Source: Lama glama
Taxonomy: Eukaryota
Length of the DNA stretch: 64,000 bases
Direction of reading: 5' to 3'
Assembly (NCBI GenBank): GCA_028534125.1
Contig: CM052817.1
Coordinates: 94,676,001-94,740,000, forward strand
Shown here piece by piece: positions 1-12,907 of this stretch. The notes under the pieces are model-generated. The model saw only the letters and a list, made by a program, of their open reading frames with translations, did no database searches and was not told the DNA's origin. Position 1 is the first letter of the stretch. Each line of letters starts with the position of its first letter. A program made the position numbers and the translations under genes.

Positions 1-3000
1 AGTCTCCCCCATTTAGCCTGAAACTCTGATTATTGCTTAATTTAAGCACCAACTACTATGCCGGCAGACCACTGTCTATCTCTGTCCTTCAAACCTAATG
101 AGCACAGATTTCAGTGAATTTAATCAGTTGTTTACTGCAGTTTAGTTCCTGGCACCAACAGAAAGTGTGTCCTTCACTTTTATAAAAAATTAAGCATAAT
201 ATCCTAAAAGATCAGATCATATTGATTATTTCCTCCATGGATCAATATCATTATATTTGCCATGAGATATTTTTAAAGTTACAAATTAGGTAACATTTTA
301 TCTCAATATTCTGCCATATTACTCTCTGTTCACATTTTCTCTCTTAGCACAAATTTGATTAGTTTCTTGGAACACATAATAGCAATTATCTAATGACCGT
401 GTGACCCATGTTTCTTCAGGCAATTTGACACCATATGATTGCAGAAATACCTTGGGTCCCTAAATTAGTAACAGAAAATGTATCATGGATTTTTCCAAAG
501 CTGTGTTTTATAAATATTTACTGCAGCACAAAACTTTGTTATACTTCTTGAGTCTACTTGATAATCTCCTGATTAGACCATCCCATGCTTGGAGGAGCCA
601 AAGAAACAATGTGGAGTCTGCCAAAGGCAAGTAGTCTGTGTATTTCTTTCAAAATTCTATTTTTTTCAATAGCGTGTGTTTTTTTTTCTGATAAAATAAA
701 CGATTTAGACTAACAAGGCACTCGTTGATCTTTGACCTTTTCAGCCACATCAAAAGCATCTTAAAAGCCAATTAGTGGAAATGCAGAGAAAAGGTCATTT
801 TATTACCGCACTCAACACTGGAACCATAATATTTTACATAGATTCACATTATCCCATGGCTTTCATTTGAAAAACAGAAAGATAAAGACTTCAATCATAA
901 AGTAGGTAGATATTTTGCACGCACAAACGATTTTAAGCCTTCCTCATTTTGGATACAGTCATTTTCTTAGCACAGTCAACACACATAAGGGTCTCTGGTA
1001 AACTCTCTTGATGTTCTCTTTTGATGTAGGGACAGCCTTGATAAATGATGTCTATTGATAATCCCCAAACCTCATTTTAGTCACTGGCTTTAATTACTTT
1101 CTCACAACAGCCCTTCACCAGACTATTTCAGAAGAAGAAATAGGTATAAGATTAAACATTAGCTTTTATTCTCTATCCTTTTTCTTCTCTGATAGTGTGG
1201 ATTTTTAGACAGGATAACATAGAGGAAAGGAAAATCAAAGACTTGGATGACTTCAGAATTAAGACCTCAGAAATTAAAACAATTATTTTATTAAAATGAT
1301 TATTCAGTATACTTATAATAAAATTTCTAAAAATCAGGAATTTTAAGAAGCATTCATTCATTAACTATTCTGATTTGATTTGAGGATCTGCAATTTTCAA
1401 GGCCACCTTGGTCTAGATATACTTTGAATATATAATAATAGAAAAGACATTGTTACAGTCCTTAGGAAATTACAGTCTACCAGAAGATGTTACAATCTGG
1501 TCGATGCTTTGCTGTGTTGTGCTGGGACATGATGCTTTCTACCAGTTAATATGGAATGGTAGAAATCATTCTGATTTTGGTAGCAGGTCTTTTCCTGTGG
1601 CACAGAGAACCAATTTATCTTTTCTTTTTTTTAACTGAGGGGATCATATTTTTCTCTAAGCAAGACATTATCTTTGTATATGTGGCAGACAAGGAAACAC
1701 ATATACAAAAAAAAAAAAATCCCTAGAACAAAAACCTAAATATATCCTAAAATAAAGCATAATGCCATAATGCTATAATCTAAAAAGTATGTGCAGCTGG
1801 TAGAGTAAAATCTCCAAGGTCACTTGTAACATACAAGTATCGGGTATTGAAAAAGTGTATTGGACTTTGATTTTCTGAGCAAGAATTTCCAGTCTTTTCC
1901 TGAATGCTTTTCCTTTAAAGTACAAGCAGACCACATTCATCAAAACCAGATGCTAATGTCTCTCTGCTCAGTTTCAGTTATCAATATCGAGTTTGAAAGA
2001 GCCAAAACATTTTTGTAAAAATCGACTATGCCTGTGATCAGACCATACTCACCAGGGTTGACACAAGCCAAGGTCTGTAAATGCCTTTGAAACAAGAAAA
2101 AAAAATCAAGGTCATCAAACTATGTTTTTCTCTTTATTTTTTTTTAAGTCAAAAAATTACTTGTTCAAGAAATTTCACATACATGTGCTGCACACACACA
2201 TACACACAAACATATTTTTGTTAAGATCTGCTAAATATTAGGCCAGAAGAGAAACCAAACTTCCTGATTTGGTTGCTTTAAAAACCACAGATAATGAACA
2301 ACCCAGCCCTCCAAACTCTGGTTGGCTGGGTGGGCCACCGTGTGTCCATATGTTGGAGGTGTGCAGTCAGCACTGGTGTTGCTACTCCCACAGTCTTGAG
2401 TGGATGGGACCAGCCACAAGTTATAGCTCCACAGTTAGTACCAATGTGTTGGTAGAGACAGGACCATGTTGTATGCTAATATCCTCAAAAGAACATTGAA
2501 GTCCTTGAGTTGCCTTGGTGCCCTTCTCTTGGGCATCCAAACTCTAACCATATATCATTTTCTCCAGCTATATTTGAATACTTTCCACAAAAGTCTTTCT
2601 TTTCCTCATAGAAAATAAGACTAATGGCAATGATATCTTAGACAACATTTTATAGTTTTTAAAAATGCATTTGGATACATGATTTAAGGCTTTTAAAATT
2701 TACTGCAGCTATAGAATTTCAAAGAGACAAGTAATCAAATTGAAAAAAAGAAGACTTGACTTCATGAATTCACTTATTGGCATAGAAATGATCCAAAATA
2801 CCAAGTAGGTGTTAATATTCTGGTATAATATATGAGAGCAGGTGGCATAATTTAATGCTACATGTATATTAAACATGAGCATCTATGTTAAATATGATCT
2901 AAACATGCATTTTAAGCTAATCATCTTAAGTATGCAATGGTAAATGAAATAATTAGGGGCTCTATCCTCACAGACCTTGTAGCCATACATTAAACAAACA

Positions 3001-3088
3001 TATAAATTAATAAACACATAAATAAACAAGTAAATAAATAAATGATAATGTGTACAATGACTTCTTAAATTTTGTAGTGCATAGATGG

Positions 3089-3529
3089 GGTGATGGTTAA
3101 TTTTTTGTGTCACTTTGACTGGGCCCCTAGATGTTTGGCTAAAAGTTATTCTGGGGATGTCCATGAGGATGTTACTGGAGGAGACTGACATTTGAATTGG
3201 TCAGCTAAATGAATAAAGCAGACTGTCCTCCCTAACATGGGTGGGCCTCACCCAATCAATTGAAGGCCTGAATGGAACAAAAAGTTCAAATAAGAGTCAG
3301 CGTCCCCTGCTTGACTGCCTTCTGGCTGGGCCATCAGTTTTTCCTGCCTTCTGGCTTGAACTGAAACGTTGGCCCTTCCTGGGTCTCATGCCTGCCAACA
3401 TTTGCACTAGATCTACTCTATTGGCTCTCCTAGGTCTCCAGCTTGCTGACTACAGATCTTGGGACTGGCTGGCCTCCACAGTCACACACCCTGTTGGTTC
3501 TGTTTCTCTAGGGAATCTTGAGTAACACA
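3089..3529 (+). mobile_element. MLT2-family (ERVL) solo LTR
   Basis: Starts (t/g)gtgatggttaatttt and ends ...ctgtttctctagggaatcttgagtaacaca, as in MLT2 consensus. Internal 'gtgggcctcacccaatcaattgaaggcctgaat' motif. Perfect 5-bp TSD gatgg at 3084-3088 and 3530-3534. Confidence 0.9.
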
Positions 3530-3599
3530 GATGGTACCTCTTAGGAAGTCTCACTTAGTCTGAGATGTGGACAATAAATAGAAATTCACAAGGTAACGA

Positions 3600-4480
3600 A
3601 AGTGCAAAGCATTTGTACAATTCTAGAATTGAAAACAGCCCTATGTGGCTGAAATTTAGTGCAAAACACTAGGTTGTGAATTTTGTTTTACAGTCTAAGT
3701 GTAATTATGAGAGGTTTTTAAGCAGGGCCATGACTTGTGTTTACATTTTAAAATATATTTTATCCTTAAGCAGTTTTATATTTGCAAAAATAGATCACTA
3801 GATCTAGTGACTAGAAGACAGAGTAAAGGTGATGGGTGGGTTGAAAGTGAGATAAGACAGGAAGGGGGGTAGCAGTAATGATGGAGGGGAGTAAAAGTAA
3901 ACAAAAGGTAGACAGGTTGTAGGGGTAAACTCATCAGAACTGGCTTCCGGCTAAGGAAGATGAAGGAGAAGGAGGTAAGGTAAAAGATGATTCTCATGTC
4001 GATCGCCTGAGCAGGTAGGTTGACATAATTGCATAAGAGGCAGATTTGTAGAGGAATAATAATAGTGAAATTTGGGGCATGTCTATGTTCTAAATGTAGT
4101 AATTCAAATGGTGATTTCTGAAATAATTGCATATAACAATCTGAAGCTCAGGAAAGAGGTCTTAATGAGAGCTCTGTCTTTAGGATACATAGACTTACAA
4201 GGGGTATTAAAGACATGGCAATGGCTGAGATCAGCCAGGAAATAAGCACAGAGTCAGAAGAAAAGCACCTGGAGGACTGAGCCCTGAGTAAGTTTTAAAT
4301 CTGGGAAGAGAATGAACCCACAGACAATACCAAGAGATGATCAGGAAGCAACGTAGGAGAGTGTGGTGTGACAGAAGTCAAACGAAGAATGGAGGAGGAC
4401 AGAATGTTAAATAAGAGTGTTGTCAGTTCATTGGAACTGATAAGAGAACATGAAAATTTGGCAGATGGAGATAACTGGGG
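3600..4480 (-). mobile_element. L2 LINE fragment, highly decayed
   Basis: Purine-rich + strand with typical L2 antisense motifs (gaagctcaggaaagagg, gagatcagccaggaa, ggactgagccctgag, ggagagtgtggtgtgacagaagtcaa). Boundaries approximate. Confidence 0.7.
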
Positions 4481-4834
4481 GTGGGAAAAGAAACCCATAA
4501 AGAGGGATTACCATATCTAGGAGGGGGAAAGATTACCCTAGTAAACAGTTCAAGACTGGTAGATCATGTCACAACCAAAGTAACAGATTCAAGGAAAATC
4601 TGAAAATACAATAGAAGAATTCTGTACATAATTTCTGGAATTGACTGCTTTTCTCAAATAGTATGTCAACTCTACATGTACTACTTCACTGTGAACATTA
4701 TTGTGTTAGAAACAGAGTTAAATAGGTAGGTTATTTCCCCCCATTTGGTTAAATTCAAGTTGCCTGCACAGAAAAAAAAGAAGAAATGCCAAAAATACTA
4801 AAAAGTTTCATAGAAAATTTAAGTCAAATAAAGA

Positions 4835-7800
4835 TCTGATCATAATAGAGTAAGTAGGCCTAGAGCTACCCCCACCTCTGTCATAATCAGCTAGAAAACT
4901 AGGAAGAATATACGGAGCCATTGTTCACAGACGTTGACATTGCAGAATGTGTGGTTCTGTAATCCCTGGGAGATGGGAGCCCTCTGTTTGTCCTGGCTCT
5001 CTGCCTAGAGGTGTGTCTGTATCATGACCTGGAGAGAGGGATCTCAAACAGAGCACAGGTGTATTACTGACTGGAGGAGACAGAGATAGGAGTTCAGAGA
5101 GCCTGAGGCAATGGAATTTGAGGAGCAGAGAACTGGGAGGAGGGAGAAACCCATGGAGAGCTTAAGAAAGCTCTTTTAGGAGCCCTCCTAAGCCTTTGGT
5201 TGAAAACAGGGCCATACATACTTAGTGTGAAGCTCAGTGAGTCTGGGCAAAGAAAGAACAGGGGATTTGTAAACTGAATAATTCCCAGACTGGGAGACAT
5301 TTATGTACAGATACCCACAGTGGAGAGATTTCTTTACCACTTGAGAAATTCAGTAGCGATCTCAGAAATGTCATGCTTAAGTGGGAAGCCTAAACTAGCA
5401 CTAGAGTAGCTCTCACTAAACTTAATAGCAGACTTTGAAAAGATTGAGATGATCTGCAAGTAAGTAAACTGCTTGCCAGAACAAAATCTGACGTTCTTTA
5501 AAAGAAGATAAATACAACGCAAATACTCATCAGTTGAACACTGATGGTGTCTAGAAGTCAATAAAAAAATTGCTAGATATGGGGGTGAGGAGAAAACAAC
5601 AGGAAAATACGATCTATGTTCAGGAGAAAAATCAGGAAAACAAAAACAAAAACAAAAAAACAGACTCGGAAATGACAAAGATGATGGACTTAGCAAATAA
5701 GGACTTACAAATATAATATCTAAAATGCTTATTTAATTGAATGGAATTAATAGCAGATTAAACATTTAGAAGTAAAGAGCAATGAGCTTGAACTCATAGC
5801 AACAGAAACTATTCAAACCAAAGCACAAACTAAAACATTGATATGAAATTAATAGAACCCCAGTGACCTCTGGAAACATCAAGTAGTCAAATGTGCATGT
5901 AATAGTAATCTTGAAAAGTGGAGCAGAGGAGAAGAGAAACATTTTTGAAGAGTAGTTGAAAATTTTTCAATGAAAACTAAAAACCCACAATTCTAAAAAG
6001 CTCAATAAACCCTGTGCAGGATAAATAAAAAGAAAACTACATGTAGGCATATCATAAACAAATTTCTGAAAAGAAATGATAAAGAGAAAAATAGAAAAAA
6101 ATCAACTACGTCTTGCACAAAGGAACAAAGATAAGAAATATCACAGACATCTTGAATTAAACTTTGCAAGCCCAAAGATCTTTAAAGTGCTGAAAGAATA
6201 AAAACAATCTCCCTGTCATTCTAGAAATATCTTTCTAAAATACAAGAACAAATTAGAAAAACAAAGACTATGGAACTGTGTTGCTAGCAGACCTAAAAAA
6301 TGTTAGAAAGTTCTCAGGTAAAAGGAAAATGATGGCAGATGGAAATTTATGTCTATACCGAGGAATGAAATGAGCCAGAAATGGTAATTGTGTGAATAAA
6401 TAGTAAAGACTTTTTCATTGTTCCTGAATTTCTTGAAAATAAAATTAACTGATTACAGTAAAAACAATGACAATATTTATGGTGTTTATAACATGTAGAA
6501 AATAAAATATATGACCAAAATAGAACAAAACCCAGGAGGGAAAATGAAAGCATACTGTTTTAAGGTTGTTGCTTTATATTTAGGCAGTACAGTATTATTT
6601 GAAGGTAGAATGTGATAAGTTAAAACTAAACTCCAGAACAGCTACTACAAAATTAAACAAATTTAGTTTAAGTCCAAGAGTAGAAATGACATGATTACTA
6701 AAAAAATAGGTAATTATCCAAAAAAAGACAAGAAATGAAAGAAAGAATAGAATAGAAACCAAATATCAAAATAGATTTAAATGAAACCCTATCAATAATT
6801 CTATTAAATGTAAATCTTCTAAGTGCTCCAAGTGAAAGGCAGAGCTTATCAGACTTGATTTTTTTTTAAAGCAAGAATTAACTGTATTCTGTCTAGAAGA
6901 AACTTTAGGTATACAGTACACATATAGATCACAAGCAAAATGACTGAAAATATATACCATACTAAAAATAATCTTAAAAAAAAGCTGGAGTAGCTATATT
7001 GATAGCTGGCAAAGTAAATTTGGAACAAGAAATACTACAATGGTAGAATATTTTGTAATGATAAAGAAGATATAACAATTTCAAATGTGTGCATACTCAA
7101 CAGTAGAAGTTCAAAATACCTGAAGCAAAAGCAAAAAGTCCTCTCTGAGTAATTGATAGATATAGACATGAAAATAGCAAAGATTTTGTTGCAGAAAAGC
7201 GTGTGACAGCTCAGTGTTCCAGCTCAGTTGTGACAGCAACCTGAATCCGGGTAAGAGACCAAGTAGCACTCGGAGGGTTGGAGAACTCAGGTTTATTATG
7301 CCAGTGGGCCGAGAGGAGTTAACACTCCAAGCTCTGGACCCCATCTATAGGTTTACACAGGCTTTTATAGGCTACCAGTCTAGATTTTGCAACATTTTGT
7401 AACATCATATGCAAATAAGGTATAACCAGGTGACTAATTAGGAACAAGCTTTGTAGAAATGGACCAATCAGGAGTGAGAGAAATAACCACTCAGGAATGA
7501 GCTCCATGCAAATGAAACACTACAAATGGACTAATCAAGAGTTACCTCAGGGAACCAACAGAAGTTTAGGGGTAAGTTCCACTTTCCTAGAAGTAAGCTG
7601 TTTCAGAGGCAAAAAGTGAGATAAAGCCGCTGGGCCAGGGAACCGGATGGTGCTGGCAGGGGAGTAGTGGCACAGCCTGGGGTTCCTGCTCGTCTTTTTT
7701 ATGGGGCTTCCCACCTCAATTTAGTAGGCATAAATAACACTATCAACCAATTTGACCTAATTATCATCATTTATAGAACATTTCCCTCAACATTAGCAGA

Positions 7801-9290
7801 ATGCACATATCATTTCCAAGAACCCATGGAATATTTACAAACTATATGTTGGAACATCTTCAAACTACTGAAACAAGTTTCAATAAATCTAAAAGGACTG
7901 TAATCATATAGAATGCGTTTGTTAACAATAATGGAATTAAATTAGAAATCAAATATAAAACATTTTTTAAATCCCCAAATATTTGAAAACTAAATCCCAT
8001 AATTCTAAATAACTCATGGATCAAGGAAATCACAAGGGATATTAGAAAATATTTTCAACTGAATTAAGATGAAATCACAGAGCACTGAAATTTGTGGGTT
8101 GAAGCTAAAACAATGCTTAGAAGGAAATTTATAATTTTAAGTGCTTATATTAGAAAATAATGTGTCTAAGAGCAATAATTTTTATAATTTCTACCTTAAG
8201 AAGCTAGAAAAAGCAAGGTAAATTATACTTAGGAGAAGGAAGGAAATAATTGAGTATTCATCAATGAAATGAACAACAAACAAAGAACAGAAAAAATTAA
8301 TAAAATCAGAACCTGAATCTTTAAAGAGATTAATAAAATTCATAAGCCTTTAGTTAGATAAATGGAAAAAAGATGGGGAGAAAAGACACGAATTATCAAT
8401 AGAAGGAATGAAAAGAGGACATCACTACAGAACCTATAAATATTAAAATTATAGTAATGAATTATTAAAGTAAATATATACCAGATAATTTGTAAACTTA
8501 GATTAAAAATGAACAGTTTCCTGTGGTAGACAAATAACCAAAACTCATCAAAGAAGAAACAAAAACCTTAATAGCCCTTTGGCTATTAAAATGGTAATTC
8601 AAAACCTCCCCTTAAAGAGTGTTAAAGGCCCAGTTGGCTTCAGTGGTGAATTATATCAAATGTTTAGTAAAGAAAATGCCTATAAAATAATTCAAATTAT
8701 TTTATAAAGTAAGAGTTGGGAAGAGCACATCTCAACTTATTTTATCAAACTGGTAACAAAACCAGACAAAGACTTTACAAATAAATTACAGACTAATATT
8801 CCTCATGAGATTAGATGCAGAAACACTTTAAAAAGTATCAGCAAATCAAATCCAATAAGATAAAAAGATAACACATTATGACATAGAGCAGTTTATTCCA
8901 TAAATGCAAGGTTGTATGAGTTCATGAAAATTATTCAATGCAATTCACCACATTAACAGATTAAAGGGAAAAGTGTATAGCTGTCTCAATTGATGTAGGA
9001 AAAACATAGACAAAATCCAATACCCTTTCAGAATAAAAAAAATTCTTAACAAAGTAGTAATAGAAGGAAACCTCTAACTTAATAACGTACATCTATGAAA
9101 TACCTATAGCCAATTTATTCTCAATGATCAAACACTAAATGCTCTCCCCTTAAGATCAAGAGTAAAACAAGATGATCTGCTCTTTGCACTTCTATTCATT
9201 GTTGTGCTGAAGATCATGAAAGCTAGTGAAACCAAGGAACAAAAAAGTAGTAAAAGACATAGTTAGGAAATAAAAAAGTAAAGCTCTCTA
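4835..9290 (+). mobile_element. Old L1 (L1M-type): 5' region, ORF1 remnant, and ORF2 endonuclease to RT portion, 3'-truncated and non-coding
   Basis: ORF1-like A-rich segment (about 5500-6400). ORF2 start region 'tcaataattctattaaatgtaaat' near 6790, 'aaagctggagtagctatatt', 'aaggcccagttggcttcagtggtgaattatatcaaa' and 'cacttctattcattgttgtgctgaag'. Many stops and frameshifts. Interrupted by an LTR at 7187-7718. Confidence 0.9.
7187..7718 (-). mobile_element. ERV1-type (gammaretrovirus-like) solo LTR inserted in L1 ORF2
   Basis: TG...CA termini with 4-bp TSD attt (7183-7186, 7719-7722). On the minus strand there is TATAAAA (7363-7369) followed by AATAAA (7292-7297). Repeated CCAAT-like units (ggaccaatcagg, ggactaatcaag). 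The flanks rejoin into continuous L1 endonuclease sequence. Confidence 0.85.
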
Positions 9291-9500
9291 TCCAGTTTTC
9301 TTTTTCTAAATAAGTCCATTGCATCAATTTCTTTCTTTTCGTTTTTCAGTTTTACCCTCTGTGTTCTAGTTCACAGCTGAGGACATTATTTTAGCTCTTG
9401 GTCTGTGAAAGAACAAACTCTCTTTCTGCCTGGAATCTGTCTTCTGCTTAGCCAGGTTATAACTGTTCTTCTCAAATCTATCAAAGTCAAACTTCAGACC

Positions 9501-10124
9501 TCTGGTAAAGTATGAAAATGGCCACCAATTACTTCCATTCCTGAAGGTAAACTCCTTTGCAACGTTACTTTACAGCTCAGCTTGTCGAAGAGCAGTCCAC
9601 GTCTCCACCCTTTGAATCTTTTCTTTTTACTTGCTTTGGCCGATGGAGAACCGCAGGAGTGACTTGAGTCAGTTCAAATCTAGACTTCAAGAGACTTGTT
9701 TCCACTCTTGCCTTTGGAAGCCTGCCATGCCATGAGAAAAAGCTTGAGCTGTCCTGCTGGATGACAGGAGACTGTTTGGAAGAGAACCAAAATGCCCTGA
9801 CTGACAGCCAGTCCTTAGCCAATCCCAGGTACTGAGCTGAGTTGAGCCTGGCCTTCAGCAGCAAACTGTCAGCTGAAACCAGCCCAAATTGCTAATCAGA
9901 AAATTAGTGCAGCAGGGATGGGTATAGCTCAGTGGGAGAGCCCATGCGTAGTATGCACAAAGTCCTGGGTTCAATTCCCAGTGCCCCCATTAAAAAAATA
10001 AGTGCATAAAAAAAATAAAATAACTTTAAAAAAAGAAAATCAGTATATTAACATAAACATAACAGCTGTCTTAAGCCACTAAATGTTGAACCTGTTTGTG
10101 ACCCATTAAATGCTATCTAATAAA
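9501..10124 (+). mobile_element. MLT1-family (MaLR) solo LTR, interrupted by a SINE
   Basis: 'aaaatggccacc', 'tctccaccctttgaatct', 'tgctttggcc..tgg', 'ccatgagaaaaagc' and the terminal 'ttaagccactaaatgttg...gtttgt' resemble MLT1F-H LTRs. Confidence 0.7.
9915..10033 (+). mobile_element. Vic-1-type tRNA-derived SINE (camelid)
   Basis: Head gggatgggtatagctcagtgggagag (A box) ... gtcctgggttcaattcccagt (B box), followed by an A-rich tail. Imperfect TSD agaaaattagt (9898-9908) / agaaaatcagt (10034-10044). Confidence 0.9.
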
Positions 10125-10320
10125 AGTATTCTTTATAATTTGCTCATAGAATGACCTCTTTTTATTTTTTGGCTTCTAGTATCATCTCCTCAAAGTTGAA
10201 TCTGTATTCATTTTCCCCATCTCCTCTTACTGGGTACAAGTGAGAGTTCTATGTCCCATAACCTATATGGACTCTTTCAAAGTTTCAACTTCTTTCACAG
10301 CTTTGCCGTGCTAAATGACG

Positions 10321-10338
10321 TGTGTGTGTGTGTGTGTG
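10321..10338. repeat. (TG)9 microsatellite
   Basis: Seen directly. Confidence 0.95.
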
Positions 10339-10687
10339 TATTTAGTCTGAAAGCAGAAATCAAATTAAATTTAAAAAAGACTGATGTGAGCCTAAAGAAT
10401 TATTATTTAACTGCAAATAGAAACAGTTCCCTTTACCTTTATCTTCAACTTATTTTTGATGCAGTGTCTGGTGATTAGCAATTTATAAAGGGACATAAAA
10501 ATAGTTAAATAATTGATGTATTTTGCCATTTTAACGCACATATCCAAGGAAAGTAAAATAAAAAAAGTAATTTTCATCAGAACACTTTGTGACATGGTGG
10601 CTTAGTTTATATGAGCCTTATTTGGAATGTCTCCTGTCAGAAGTGGAAAATTCCAGATGTTCACATTGCAACCTCCAATGTGTAGCT

Positions 10688-11598
10688 CATTCATTTATTC
10701 ATTCAGCAAACATGCATTCATTACCTCTTGTGTGCTAGGCCCTATACTAGACTGAGGTTACAATGATGGAAAAGTCAAGGACCCCACTGCAGCATTTCAA
10801 AACACTGGTTTTTGGAGATTACCCATGGGATGGATTGTACTTTTGTTAGTAAAGCACTGAAGCTTATACACTATATTGTTTTAAGGATCTCCCTGTTAGA
10901 AATACACTCATCACTTATATTTTTATATACTGTTTTAGGTAGGACAGGCTAAGTGATGTAACAGCCCTTGGCTATAATTCTAGATATGCTCATCAAATGT
11001 CACATGTGGGAAATACATCTGTCACGTATTTTGTCACAGTAATAAAAGCACGAACTTGTGTGGGGGAGGAAGAGGCATATGTGACTAAACTGTTAAGGAC
11101 AGGATGACACAGTATGGTGGCACCTAGGTGAGCAGGCCATGGCAGAGGCTTTGTATAGAAGATAATTCTTGATGTGGGAGGCAAATGGGTGTCTGCTATT
11201 TGGGCAAGATGTCAAGGAAGGAGAGGGCATAAGCAGCAATACCAAAGATGGAAAATGTTTGGCATGGATATGAGTAAGGGACAGAGCATGGAGCACTGGG
11301 AAGAGGAGGGAGACACAACAAGGTCAGAGAGGTTGGCTGAGGCTGGATCGGTTGTAGAAAGTTCGCCATGCTGAATTTGGACTTATTTTTGTAGATGATA
11401 GGAAAATTACTGAATCATTCTGAGTGGGTAAATGCTAGAGAGAATTTGACTTACATTTTAGAAAGTTCTCTCTGGAGGTATTTTGGACAGCAAATGAAGG
11501 GATGGAGACAAGTGAGGCCCAGTTTAAAAAAAATTACAATAAAAATGCAAGAGAAGGCAAGGGCCTAAGGCCAACTCAGTGGTAGGGAAGGAGGGGAC
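10688..11598 (-). mobile_element. L2 fragments including the 3' end (resumes at about 12200-12500 after an L1 insertion)
   Basis: cattcatttattcattcagcaaacat...tgtgtgctagg is the L2 3' terminus in antisense. Downstream purine-rich L2 motifs (tttggacttattttgtag, catttaggaaagttctctctgg-like). Confidence 0.65.
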
Positions 11599-12166
11599 TA
11601 ATAGCCAAGACATGGGAACAACCTAAATGTCCATCCATAGATGACTGGATAAAGAAGTTGTGGTACATTTTATACAATGGAATACTACTCAGCCATAAAA
11701 AATAATAACATAATGCCATTTGCAGCAACATGGATGGACCTGGAGAATGTCATTCTAAGAAAAGTAAGCCAGAAAGAGAAAGAAAAATACTATATGACAT
11801 CTATTACTATATGTGTAATCTAAAAAAAAAAAGACAAAGGAACTTACATACAAAACAGAAACAGACTCACAGACATAGAAAACAAATTTATGGTTACCAA
11901 AAGAAGGAAGGGGGTAGGAAGAGGTAAATTGGGAATTTGAGATTTGCATATAATAATATATATAAAATAGGTAAACAACAAGTTCATACTGTATAGCACA
12001 GAGAACTATATTCAATATCTTGTAGTAACTTATAGTGAAAAAGAATATGAAAACGAATATATGTATGTTTATGTGTGACTGAAGCATTGTGCTGTACACT
12101 GAAAATTGACATATTGTAAACTGATTATATGTCAATAAAAATACACACACACACACACACACACAC
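11599..12166 (+). mobile_element. 5'-truncated young L1 3' end (camelid-type) with (AC)12 tail
   Basis: aatagccaagacatgggaacaacctaaatgtcc... gaatactactcagccataaaaa... atactgtatagcacagagaactatattcaatatcttgtag... caataaaa, then (AC)12 at 12143-12166. Confidence 0.92.
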
Positions 12167-12907
12167 GAAAATCAACCTGAACCTTAAAAGAAAAAAAAAA
12201 ATGAAACTTAAGTCTTGTTGGAATGTGACTGGCAACAGAAGAGGAACTGGCCAGGATGACTCAGCTTTTGGACCTGGAGCATTAACTGGGTGAAGAGTGG
12301 TCTCATTAAGCACAATAAGAAGTAGGCCAATAAGTTTTCAGTGATTTCAGAAATTGAAGAGGCTAGCAGACAGTGATAATTGGCTTGTCACGGAAGTAGA
12401 ATAGGGAAGAAGCAGTTCTCTGGGACATCCAAGGAGAGTGTTTCACGGATATCTTGAGTCCCTAGTTCTACTTACTGGCTGAGCAAGTGTCTCATAGACA
12501 CATACATTAATGCTGAGGGACCCAGCTTGAATAATGGGCTAATGATCTTTCTCTTGCAGATGGCAAAATATTGATATTGCGAACTGTAATTCAGTGTACA
12601 ACCTACCTAAGATACTCAAAGAGTTCTTTTGCATTCTCATTACTCTGGGACCCATGTTCTTAGGCAAGTCTCTGAACCTCACTTTTCTGAGAGCATTCTG
12701 AACTGGATGGTTCCTACCTTTAACAACAGAATCTGTTCTGCATTGGAAAACAAAAAGGGACCTCATTACTGAGTAAGTTCTAGGAGAGTGACTGGGTGTG
12801 CCTACGTGAATAGACTGAGTACTATATTTCCTCAGAAATACTATAGGGGGCATTGTCAGCTGGAAGCTTCCTCTATGGCAATCACATCCATTTTCCCAGC
12901 ATTTTAA

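Noticed and set aside
4835..9290. Active or intact L1 (also 55653-58690)
   Set aside because: Numerous stops, frameshifts, truncation and a nested insertion. No long ORF1 or ORF2 appears in the ORF track.
9915..9990. tRNA gene (also at about 33950-34029 and 40400-40474)
   Set aside because: The A and B boxes are followed by A-rich tails and flanked by TSDs, so these are SINE heads and not tRNA genes.
11730..12162. ORFs 11730..11927 and 11755..12162 (likewise 34417, 40008, 63541 and 63608)
   Set aside because: These are translations of L1 3' UTR/ORF2 ends and microsatellites, not genes.
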